DNA of 64,000 bases from Picochlorum sp. SENEW3 (Eukaryota). The stretch spans positions 620,001 through 684,000 of the forward strand of contig CP120458.1 in assembly GCA_034226945.1 (NCBI GenBank), given 5' to 3'. The notes under the pieces are model-generated. The model was not told where the DNA came from. It worked only from the letters and a program-made list of their open reading frames with translations, and searched no databases. This document shows positions 38,496 to 49,549 of the stretch, one piece after another. The position numbers were made by a program, and so were the translations under genes. Every line of letters begins with the position of its first letter. Positions within the stretch are counted from its first letter, which is position 1.

Positions 38496-39702
38496 CTCTG
38501 GCAGGATGGTGGTTGTGTTCTCAGCTTAAAAATGGGTCCCACTGGTAATGTTTATCTCTCATCCAAATCCTCCTCACAGAGTTCTCTCTCCTTATCCATC
38601 ACAAGCAAGGCTCACGCACTGTTGATTCTGATGATTGACTGGTCTCAGTCATACTGAGGGTTTGATTCACCACACCAGGTCACATAGCTCTGTTGCTGAA
38701 CAGGCATGTGACAAGTGAAAATGCATTCAAGGTTGTAATAGGTTATACAACGCTCCGACAGGCTCCTGTGGAAGCGATGTTGTGTTGTTTGGGCTGAATT
38801 GCCTCTGCCGCTGTATGACGGTATTCAGACCAAGGAAATACAGATGGGTAATCGTGCTGTGTGATACCTCAACATAGCACGTCCGCCGCCCGTGAGATCA
38901 GAGGCACCTCACGGGTAGAGGGGGAGGTCCAAAAGACCCTGCAGAAATTGCTTGTGTAATTTAGTGATATCGTTTCGAGGGGGAAGCGCTCCATTGAGCA
39001 CCCTGAGCGTCAATTCTTGTACGCAACACTGTCCCATTCTTTGGTAACAATGGCCAGGCACCCCCTCTTCCTGATAACAGCAGGTTGCTGTACTAATTAC
39101 ACAAGTTGAAAGTTTATATATAGGTTTATATATATTTATATACAGTAAAAATTTTAAATTGTATTTACGGGCCTGTAGGGGGGAAAAACTTTATATAGCT
39201 GTAACCACAAACGCGATTCCCGCTTCCCTGCAACAGGATAAATTACACTGTGCACATAAAACTGACTATTAATACATTATAAGACTGGACCAGAGAATGC
39301 AAGAAGTGACTTGGGACGTGGCGTTCGCGAGTGACGAATTAGTGAAAAAATCGGTACAAAAAGCGTGCGTGCACTTATATGTTGCAAACCGAGTACCATC
39401 GGGACAGTGCATTCAATAAAAATAAGTAAGATACACATTATAGGGGTGAATGGCACGCCCGGGTGGATAGACATAGCCGCAAAGTGACCAAATGTGTCCA
39501 ACCATTAACTGTCGAATGTCCGTGCGCACCTCTGGTTGCTATCTGTGCCAGGGTATTGGCTGTCAATTTACCTATACTGCTTTGATATTCCAGAAGAAAT
39601 GGATTGCTGGATTCTCTGTCGATGCCTGACGCGTATCAGAGGGCAGCTCAGGGAAGCAGATAGTGCTACACGCGAATTGTAATATTCCCGGTCAACATCA
39701 GC

Positions 39703-41450
39703 CTGTGATGGGATGCTGTTATTCATAGATAGAGAGTGTCCAACCGTCCGGTCAAATTGGCATGTTCATAGGCGAAATTCGTCGATTCATGACACCTGAG
39801 TTTGGGCCAAGGCTGTTACTGCTCAAGGCTAACTGCCCCAGGTTCCATCGCCCGAATGGAAGCATAATTTACAGCAATCTGCTATGCTTTGGTGCATATT
39901 TGCTCCTGAATGTCATTTATCTTGACACTTCCATGTGGAAATGTCATGAAGGCCAAATCAGATGCTATCTGCAATGCTCATGCAGCCAAGTCATATGTCA
40001 GATGGAACAGTGACGACTACGCCACAAAACAAGCAGCCAACACTTCAATGCCAAGCATCATGGAAACATATGTACAGTTGTGACAAGTAATGTCCGTGAG
40101 CAGTACGATTTTCTGCGGATTATTTGCAAGTGCTGATGGTCATGAGGCCATCTACGCCAGTCGAATCCCTATGAAAGTCAGGGCGTCAGTATCTCCTCCA
40201 ATTCCTGCGATACGAATGTATCGCAGCCGTATCATGCACTTGTTGATCACCAGAGTATATTCCTTCGGACTTCTGTCTGTCCATAACAAGCTCGTTTTGT
40301 GCTACTGTCCACTAAGATGCTTGCATGTCACCATATTGCTTTCTTATGGCTCTCAGTACGGTGCTGTTGTGGCCATGATGCGCGATGCATTAGCCCAAGG
40401 CTCATATGTACATGCGATTGTGAACGTGAGGATTGATGGCCGATATAGCTGCTCTTTGTTGGCACAGGGGCACCAATACAAACCTCCGCAGGAGAAACAA
40501 TGTGGTTCTCCCGCGCTGTGACATTTGATCATGAAGATCAAGCATGCTATCAGGATAGGCGTGTATTCTGATTCTAGACAAAATCAATGTAAATGCAGCC
40601 CATGAAAGAAAGGATGTCGAATATGAAAGCAGTTACATTGCAAGCCTTTCCCTCCTACTGAAGAGATATATGTACCAATTTGCAGATGGGGGATGTGACA
40701 GCGTACATTTCCAGTCGTGGCCTGGATTTCCTTCGCAAGGTACACAATATACTGTCTTTTCACTCTCTTGTCGTTGCCAACACAGAGCGTTCAACCTTCA
40801 CACGCAGTAAGGTTCAATAGAAGAGGATGGGGTAGAATACCAACCAATGTACAGGGGGTTATCTCTTCTTTCACAGGATAGCTTGAATTGAAAGTTGCCG
40901 CATGAGAATAAATGTTCTCAGGAAATGACCATGATGACTAGATTTCTCCTAGGGATCTCATTTCCCTAGATGTTCACGGGAGATCTCCTCCTACAGGGAC
41001 GTAGCTCTCTGCTTACAGGGGATGTGATTCCAAGAATGGAGACGGAGGTCTGCTCAGCCGAATCACGAATTTGGGAGGTTTGTATCGATATGAGGCAATG
41101 ACAAATATCAAATAAAACTCCGTCGGTCCGTCGGTGTATGGAGAACTGCATTTATGCAATGTCAGTTGATCCAGTGATCAGTCTACACTGCTATAATGCA
41201 AAGGAGTTCCAAGGATCTTGTGAATTACAATGGGTGCCAAAGAAACCAAGAACGCTTGGAAATACATATTAAGGACCATACCAGGTTTCAGTCTCACCAC
41301 AGGATTGTCAGTACATGCATGTTCCCAACCCAGGGCTTGGCCAAACTTGGTCTACTGAAAGGGCGGTCCATCCGCCCTTTCCATCCAAACATCACTATGT
41401 CGATTGAAATTTCATGAGACTCCCGTCAATAAGGGGCCCGCGAGAATGTT
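39703..41450. repeat. Left arm of a long inverted duplication (partner 45795-47140)
   Basis: 39703-39810 matches the reverse complement of ~47040-47140; 41412-41450 matches the reverse complement of ~45797-45838. Confidence 0.9.
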
Positions 41451-42740
41451 TTTTTTAATTTTTTTAAGTGATAATGTTTACGGGCCCTTTACGGGAAACC
41501 CGGCTGCCTGTGCGATTGAGGATTCCTCAATGAGGAAGCTTGGGGTGTCAATGAGAAGCGCCCACGTTGCAAGTGGTTCCTTCCTGGTGGCCCGTGCCTA
41601 TCAGGAGACAGAGCAGTCGCCGCCAGCTGGGTGTTCAGATACCATTCCAGGCATGTGAGGATTGCACTCACTAAAAACTCACTCCCACACCTCGGGATGG
41701 GATCACCCAACCCCTTGGCGTCGACTGGTTGTTCTGGGCCTTCCAGACCAGACCTCGCTGTCTCCGAGCTGTTCTGCCGCCTCGGCGACATAGGAGTGAA
41801 CAGCCCCGAGCCTGGGGGCGGTGGTCCTTTCAGCAAAGAACTGCCTTACACTAAACGGTGCATTGGCTCTGGGACAGACCGGGGGTGTCCCTCTGCGCTG
41901 GGTCACCTTATCGTGAATGTTCTGAAAGTGCTTGCCAAGCACTCGATATAAAAATCTGCCTACACGTACCCACAACGGGATCTGTGGCTGCCGCTGACCT
42001 CCTAGTAGAGGCGGTGTCCTCTATAGAGAGATAGATCTATATATATCCTCATTCTCATCCACCAGCCAAGACATGGCTGAGTCCTCTGGTACCTGCATTG
42101 AGGAACCATCAGGACTCCCTGGCTGGCTGGGAGGGCGTGCCCACCCACATGTGTTGAAATTTCTGAAGAATTTCAGCCTCAGTGGTGGAGAGACCTCCAA
42201 GGCATGCTGTCCACACCGTGTCACTTCGACGTTGCAGCTGGTGGGCGTCGAAGAACTTATGGATGGCATCTATCGCTGGTCTGAGAGTGGCGTCTCGCTG
42301 TTCCTGAAAGGCTGGACACACCATGCCAATGTGGTGGAGGTCATCCCTCGGGGCGCTGTCACACGAGCAGCAAACACATTCAAATCCTGGCAAGAGGCAC
42401 GCTTTGTGCCATTGAAACATTGAATCTATAGAGCAAGCCTGACCACACGTTGAATCCGGTCCTAAGAAGCCGATGCATGTCCACAGGGGTGGCCCGATGC
42501 GTGCTGATCTTCAGGTATGTCTTCGTGTTCAGCATATTGTAGGCAAAGTAGTGTCCCCCAGCCGCTGCCGTACTGGTGGAACGGCATTCTCTGCTCAATG
42601 CCTCTTTCACTTGCTTAGCCACTGTCTTTGCTTGTAGGTCTTCAACATCTGCATGCGAGAGTCCCAAGCGTTCCCTCCGTTTCCTGAAAATCCTGCTGGA
42701 GGGCTGTCTGTATTTGTTCAACAAACTAGTTATATGCAAG
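41449..42740 (-). mobile_element. 5'-truncated non-LTR retrotransposon (LINE) remnant
   Basis: YLK...RLLRTG then CVCCSC..DDLHHIGMVCPAFQEQR (ORF2 C-terminal CCHC knuckle); A-rich tail on the minus strand at 41449-41466. Confidence 0.65.
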
Positions 42741-43060
42741 GGTTCATGTTGCTCTACCTAGTACGATTATAGGAACAACTGAAGCAAGGAGCAAGTACCG
42801 GTCAAGTCATTGACTCACAACCCAATGTGCAAAATGACCGTGCATATAATTTCCAAAATTTTTACCTGTTGCTCCATGTAGAACAACACAACTTTATGTC
42901 GACAATCCGTGGGGTGTGCAGTCGTACAGAACCAAACTGGAAACGCTCTATAGAGTCATGCATGGCCTCAAGAAACGGTCCAAGATTTATGCTGCCGGGG
43001 TCCAAAAGTACTCCTTGTGGCTCGTAGCCGGGGTCCAAGATTGAAGATATATACCGCTAC

Positions 43061-43812
43061 ATGAAGCAAACATATAATAATATATCTGTCTTGTCGTCCA
43101 TGATGCTTCCCGTGGTTTCCGTCCTGAGAAAGGAGATTGGACTGCATCACCCCACCACAGACAAGTGGAGACAGGAAGCCAACGAGTTACGCATCCAAGC
43201 CACCCAGGGAACAGATCACAACGTCCAAGGCAAAGACTTCAAAACGTTCCAAGAGATGAGCTGTCGCAAGGATGCCATCAAACGCAGGATAGATAGCGAC
43301 CCAGCAAACAGTACCGAATGCTGGCAATGGTTTGCCCTGTGCCTGTACACCATGCAGCCACCGCTCTGAGGTGATTGGGCGGCGCTGTCCATCATTGACA
43401 GCGCGGAGAAGACATTTACAGGACAGAACCATCTTGTGCTCACGCCAGACAAGGCTGTCATTCTGATCCAGCACGACAAGGTGTCACACTGATGAGCTCC
43501 ACTCAGTGCTGTTGGACTCCATGCGCCAATGCCCTCGATCCGTGGTCGTTCCATACACCTATAAGTCATCTCAAAATCCACTCCATCGATCATATAGCCC
43601 AGACAAGCACATGTCCAAGGTGAACTTGTCCAAACTGCTGAGTCAAGCCATGGCATCACCACAGGACAACACACCATGGCCACGTCCAATCCACGGTCTC
43701 CGTAAATCGCACTCTACCCTTGTCATGTCATCAAACGCATCCTATCGTACCATGAAGCAAGTAGCAGAAGCCCAACGACATTCAGTGGCGACCATGCTGT
43801 GTCACTACAACG
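43061..43812 (+). pseudogene. Tyrosine recombinase pseudogene
   Basis: LYTMQPPL*GD (TGA at the catalytic Arg position), DKV, HGLRK, RHS and terminal HY give an R-K-HxxR-H-Y set; further stops and a frameshift. Confidence 0.7.
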
Positions 43813-44790
43813 CTGTATCACCTTGTTGTTCTGTTGAGGACAGTACCCAGGCCAGCACTCCTGAGGAGAGAATTGCATCAGCCATTCAGCAAACTGGCCT
43901 CTCTCATTCTAACGTTATTATTATGAAAATTGCGGTGAATCTCATGGGAATGAATCTCCTGCATGGACTCTCTACTGCAGTAATCCAGACCTGCAAGAAC
44001 GTGCAGAACAGGGCCTGGCCGTCATGCAGGACCCATGCTCATCAAGAGGCCAATGAATGTGATGCTCTCCAAGAGGAAAACAGCTCTACTATATATTTGT
44101 TAAACAATGCCATAAAACTGAGAATTCAATGCGGTCAGTCTTGCTCAAAAGTTTCCAAAATTTTCACTCAACTTTGACCACAGTTCCTCAGAACCAACAT
44201 GCCACATTCGTCGTCAAGAGGTTTTTTCTATTGTTTCAGTTTTTCTGAATACAGAAGTTGATCGTTGTTCACAAATATGGCATGAGGGAGGCTAGAAAAA
44301 TCACTGGAAAGGTTGCAGATGCCTTGCTCTGACTGACATTTTTTCTGAGCACAACACAGAAGAGAGGAAACATGGAGTACATGGTCGAACTTTCACGCTA
44401 TTGATATTCATATTCCAGGCATGATCATAGGATAACGTAATGAGAGATTACTCAGAGTTGGCAAACATAACTCAGCAGTCAAACAGGAGACCACTATAGA
44501 TGCACCAAATTGTCTGCCAATGCATGTGCAACGCCATATAACAGTGATTTATGCCACACGAGCCTCTTTTTATTTAGTATTCTTCTTTCTTGCATGCAAC
44601 TCTATGTTTAATAGTAACGAGAGAAATTCATGCTGACATTGCATGCTCAACACCCCATCTGATACATCACCTAGAGCAGAAAAGTCAACCATGCTGGCTC
44701 ACACTCATCTCCACAGACCCGCCCACCAGCCTATGCTCTGATGCCCTCCCTGCCATCTTTTCGATAAAATTTACTCTTCATCCCGCCGGT

Positions 44791-45777
44791 CTATCCAGTC
44801 TCTTTGGCCACACAGACTTTATAACCATTTACTTGGTAACGGGATTCATGCATATTGCTAATACTTGAACACTTGATGGCTCCCATCTTTTGAACACTGT
44901 CGAAGAAAAAATGATGGAGAGATTCATGACTCAAGTAAAGCTTGTTGCAGAGCCACAAGAAAGGCTTGAGGCCTCCATTGCATTTATTGATAAAGGTGAA
45001 GAAACCATCCACCACTCCAAGCCATTCAGAATTTATAAAATCATCCAGAACAACAAATCCTTGCTTATGCAACACTGACTGGGCTAAAAACAGATCATTT
45101 AGTGTTGTTCCTCTTGTATGACCCCCGTCAACTGAAAAAATTCGATAAGATATGTCTGATATTGCTTTCAATCTCTTGGAGGTTATTGAATTGCTGTCTC
45201 CCTTTTCAACTTTGATGGATTCTCTTGGGAATCCAATACTTGATGCATGCTCCAAGAAAATTTGCAAAGATCCCTCACCGGAACCATCAACATTCAGATT
45301 CTGATCCTCGAATATATCAAATGCGACTGCATATTCCGGAGCAACGAGATTTGTTGCGAGCGAGAAGAAATACTTTCCATGATGAACTCCTATCTCCCCA
45401 ATTAAGCCTGACACACCAGCTTCAAGCTGTTGTTTGGAAAGATATTGGACCACTTGATGATGGATTGGGCACATCCATCCATCGACGAATTGTGAATGGT
45501 TCAAATATGATATCTCCAAGTCTGATTTTGGCAGTTTGGAAACAGTTTGTAAGGTAATTTGGTCCTGTAATAAACCATTTTGGAAGCGAGTATTGCACTC
45601 GTCTTCAGAGATGCCTCTCTCTCTATATATATATTTATATACTAATGATGTGCTTAATAGCAGTAGAGCATACAGGAGTCCAGGCAACGTATTATGCTTT
45701 CTGTAAGGTGGAAACAGCTGTTTTACTAGAAGAGTTGGGCCGCTTTGAGGAATATCGAATTTTGCAGCATTTCTCAT
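44791..45777 (-). CDS. Class I SAM-dependent methyltransferase (Methyltransf_24-like) with type-II TM
   Basis: GEIGVHHGK, FDIFE, GDS, SVDGGH and VVLDDF motifs. Confidence 0.85.
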   Translation of the reverse strand: MRNAAKFDIPQSGPTLLVKQLFPPYRKHNTLPGLLYALLLLSTSLVYKYIYRERGISEDECNTRFQNGLLQDQITLQTVSKLPKSDLEISYLNHSQFVDGWMCPIHHQVVQYLSKQQLEAGVSGLIGEIGVHHGKYFFSLATNLVAPEYAVAFDIFEDQNLNVDGSGEGSLQIFLEHASSIGFPRESIKVEKGDSNSITSKRLKAISDISYRIFSVDGGHTRGTTLNDLFLAQSVLHKQGFVVLDDFINSEWLGVVDGFFTFINKCNGGLKPFLWLCNKLYLSHESLHHFFFDSVQKMGAIKCSSISNMHESRYQVNGYKVCVAKETG

Positions 45778-45794
45778 TTTAAAAGTTTTGGAAG

Positions 45795-47140
45795 AATAAA
45801 CATTCTCGCGGGCCCCTTATTGACGCGAGTCTCATGACATTTGAATCGACGCATTGATGTTAACATCCAAACGTTTGGATGGAAATGACGGATGGACCGC
45901 CCTTTCAGTAGAACAGTAGGTTTGGGCAAGCCCTGAGTTGGAAACATGCATGTTTTGAAAATCCTGTGGTGAGACTGAAACCTTGTATGGTCCTTAGTAT
46001 GAATTTGTAAGCGTTCTGGGTTTCTTTGGCACCTGTTCGAAGTCACAGGATTCTTGAAATTCCATTGCACTAAAGCAGTATAGATCACTGGATCGACTGG
46101 CATTGCATAAATGCAGTGTTCGACACGCCCACAAAGCTTCATTTGCGATTTGCCATGGCCTGCTATCGATACGAATCTACCAAACTTGTGAATAGGCTGA
46201 GCAGATCTGCGTTTTCATTCTTGCAACCACATCCCCCTTTTGCAAAATATCTCCTTTAAGGATCTTAATAAGATCTGTAGGAGGGAAAGGCTTGGCTTGT
46301 AACTGCTTTCATGTTCAACATCAAACCTCGCTGCATCTACATTGATTCTGTCTAGAATCAGAATGCACGCCCATCGTAATGGCATGCTTGATCCTCATCA
46401 AGTACTTGACACTAGTGTCACAGCTCGAGAGAACCACATTTATTATACTGCTATGACGTTTGTATTGTTGCCCTTGTGTCAATACTGAGCAGCTATATCG
46501 ACCATCAATCCTCACGTTCACAATTTCATGTACATATGAGTTTTTGGCTAAGGCATCGCGCATCATGGCCACAACAGCACCGCACTGAGAGCCATGAAAA
46601 AGAAATATGGTAGCATGCAAGCATTTTAGCGGGCAGTAGCAGAAACGAGCATGCTATGAACCAACAGAAGTCCGAAGGTATACTCTGGTGATCAACAAGT
46701 GCATGATATGGCTGCGATACATTCGTACCACAGGAATTGAAGGAGATTCTGACGCCTCCACCTTCATAGGGAATTGGCATTCGAGTGTCGGCTGTTTGAT
46801 TTGTAGCGTAGTCGTAACTTTTCCATCTGAGATGTGACTTGGCTGCAGCCATGCAGCTGCATGAGCATTGCAGATAGCATCTGATTTAGTCTTCATGACA
46901 TTTCCGCATGGAAGTGTCACGATAGATGACATTCAGGAGCAAATATGCACCAAAATATGGCAGATTGCTGTAGACTATGCTTCCACCCGGGCGATGGAAC
47001 CTGGGGCAGTTAGCCTTGAGCAATGACAGCCTTGGCCCAAGATCAGGTGTCATGAATAGACGAAAGTCGCCTATAAACATGCCAATTTGACCGGACGGTT
47101 GGACACCCTCTATCTATGAATAACAGCATCCCATCACAGT
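45795..47140. repeat. Right arm of the inverted duplication (with internal indels)
   Basis: Reverse-complement similarity to 39703-41450. Confidence 0.9.
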
Positions 47141-47244
47141 GGATCTTTGACCGCTCCGCAAACATCACCCGAATTGTAATATTCTCGGTCAAAATCAGCC
47201 TGTGATGGGAAACCAAGTGTGGCACGACATGCTACCCTGAGATG

Positions 47245-47729
47245 AATCTCGTGATGGTACGTACGTACGATAGATCTATCGCGATACGTATACGTATCGA
47301 TCAGAATCTCTTTGTACACCATGTTCTTCATCCACAGCTTTCTCTGGTCGTCCGGCTGTGGCCCAAACATCCACAGGTTTTGGTCATCTCCACACCGAGA
47401 CAACACCACGTACAACGTGTGCGAGAAAAGACATCGTCCTGGAGATACACTCCAACCCTCTGGAGTGTGAGTCCCTGTGCTTTGTTGATGGTCATCGCAA
47501 ACGCCACGTGGATGGGCATCTGTGTCATGCTGAGCACAAAGGAGCCCAGGCTCTGTGTCGTCACCACCCTGGTGATGTTGCAGGGGGCAATGGCCTATTT
47601 AAGGCCCCCAACTTGAGCCTGATGACGTGTGGCGGCAGGCCACTTTTCTTGATGCTGGCGAGATACTCCTCCGGGTATTCATCGTCCCTCTGGTGCCGAC
47701 CATCGGTAATCCCATTGATAGACACGAAC
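47245..47729 (-). mobile_element. Decayed copy of the Helitron helicase 3' region (matches ~30785-31338)
   Basis: Encodes FAMTINKAQG and DDQNLW; internal deletion at an atcacca microhomology. Confidence 0.9.
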
Positions 47730-47730
47730 T

Positions 47731-47762
47731 TAGGGCCTTAAATAAGGCCACTTCTCTGTATG
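47731..47762 (-). mobile_element. Solo left end of the 212-bp family abutting the Helitron fragment
   Basis: tagggccttaaataaggccacttctctgtatg (2 substitutions relative to 25544-25575). Confidence 0.8.
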
Positions 47763-47927
47763 GACGACCTCGCGAGGTCTATGTATATATATACGTATAG
47801 GTCTACGTATATACGTAGAGGTATATACCTGAAACACCTTGGTGGTATCCCTTGTGTGGTAAGTTCCATCGCGACCGACAATTGTCGCATGTTGCAACAT
47901 TTGAGGGCATCCGCCCCATAGAAGATT

Positions 47928-49265
47928 ATGAGAGAGAACAAGTATTCCATTTTTGCTGTTGGTCGTGGACCAGCAAGGAGATCAGAACAGGTTTTTCTCA
48001 GCATTGCAGCCATTGTTTTCCTGTTGCACGTAATAAATAGATCCCCAGATGCAACGTCACATTTGACAAAGGCACAGTTCCCGAGGGGTCGAGATGGAAA
48101 TAAAATAGTTGAAAAACTCGACAAGTCGTTTCATTGGGATGACTTGAAATGGAGCCGATTTTTGGATTTTAATTTGACACACTGCCTAAGAATTTTGAAC
48201 CTTCTCTCGACCCATGACAACTGCTATGCTAAAATGATCTGGACCGGCTCCTCTTTTTTCAGGAGTTTCGACGAATTCCAGATCATCTGCAAAAATAACA
48301 AAGCTGCCATGAATGCAAGGTTAGACCTGTACGAATTATTTCTGACACGTGCACTGTCTCGAAGCAAGTTGGGAAGGTTTGCATTTATTATGAACTTCGC
48401 AGATGCGACACGCCATGCTCCCCGCCTATATTCGTTGTTAGATTGGGTGCCCTTTGCTAGTTTTGGGAAAAGTTCAGAGGACAAGGTGTCATTCCTTCTG
48501 CCTGATCCACACATGGTGCTGGGACTTGCATGGTTGGATCAAGTGACTGATGTAATTCCTCCCAGTATGGTTGGCTTTGCGATGCACGTCTCAAAATATT
48601 ACAACGTTTCGTATCAGGATAAGCCACGCAAATGGCAGAGCAGGGTATCAACCTTGAGATATCGAGGAGGATGCCATCCAACCATTGACCCCGAGTCGAT
48701 CAGTGGACACATGTTGACCAGAGGGGAATTTTGCCTCAGCTTGTACACCGAACATCATGTTGATTATCGCTTGGTGTCTTCAGGTACACAGCATTGCAGC
48801 AGCAGTAGCGATAGGATGCAGTACATGGAATCATGTTCACCTTGCTGCTCGAATGCATCCCTGCCATTGTATGAGAATTCAACTGCCTACAAGTATCAAT
48901 TAATTTTGGACGGGTATGGCCCATCGTATGATGGTTCCATTTGGAAATTTCTCTCATGTAGCACAATTCTAAAAGGTGAACATTTTTCTGGAACAAGGTT
49001 GGTACAGTTTTATGAAGACTTTCTCACCAGAGGGGATGATTATCTTGTGGTGAATGCAACCAATGTGACGCAAACAATCAGCATCTGCGAACGGAATGAT
49101 ACATTGGACTGTGCCCGCGTGGCATGGAATGGATGCAGTAAAGTTTCTGAAATGATGTCACTGAACTTTTTATTGAATTACACGAACGGCATTTTTCAAG
49201 AGATTTCTACTGGGAGGCACCCCATTGGCTCGAATTTGTCAAGGCCTCTTCATGTGTATATATGA
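47928..49265 (+). CDS. GT90/CAP10-like glycosyltransferase
   Basis: 445 aa; TM; W..R...LRYRG and YKYQLILDG..S...FLSCSTILK...FY. Confidence 0.8.
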   Translation: MRENKYSIFAVGRGPARRSEQVFLSIAAIVFLLHVINRSPDATSHLTKAQFPRGRDGNKIVEKLDKSFHWDDLKWSRFLDFNLTHCLRILNLLSTHDNCYAKMIWTGSSFFRSFDEFQIICKNNKAAMNARLDLYELFLTRALSRSKLGRFAFIMNFADATRHAPRLYSLLDWVPFASFGKSSEDKVSFLLPDPHMVLGLAWLDQVTDVIPPSMVGFAMHVSKYYNVSYQDKPRKWQSRVSTLRYRGGCHPTIDPESISGHMLTRGEFCLSLYTEHHVDYRLVSSGTQHCSSSSDRMQYMESCSPCCSNASLPLYENSTAYKYQLILDGYGPSYDGSIWKFLSCSTILKGEHFSGTRLVQFYEDFLTRGDDYLVVNATNVTQTISICERNDTLDCARVAWNGCSKVSEMMSLNFLLNYTNGIFQEISTGRHPIGSNLSRPLHVYI

Positions 49266-49549
49266 ATAGGTGCTAATGAGTGTGTGAATGAACTAGGCAA
49301 ATGCAGATTCTGCAGAGGCCTTATTGAAGATCTGTCTGCGGATATCATCCAATCTATAAGTGCGCACCACAACAAGGAGACCTCGAGTTTCCCAGGGGCA
49401 TGCAGGATGCGAAGGAGGCTGATTACCAAACGGAGTGCAACCCCTGGGTGACTGGAATGCCAAAACATATGGCGCGGTGTTGATGTAAGCTAGAAGCAAT
49501 GCTGCAGTATGAAAATGATTTCTACAGCAGAAATCAATTAAGAGCAACC

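Noticed and set aside
39703..47140. DIRS-like element (ITRs flanking a YR)
   Set aside because: No RT/RNase H; the arms are diverged, and the left arm ends at a LINE A-tail, so a segmental inverted duplication is simpler
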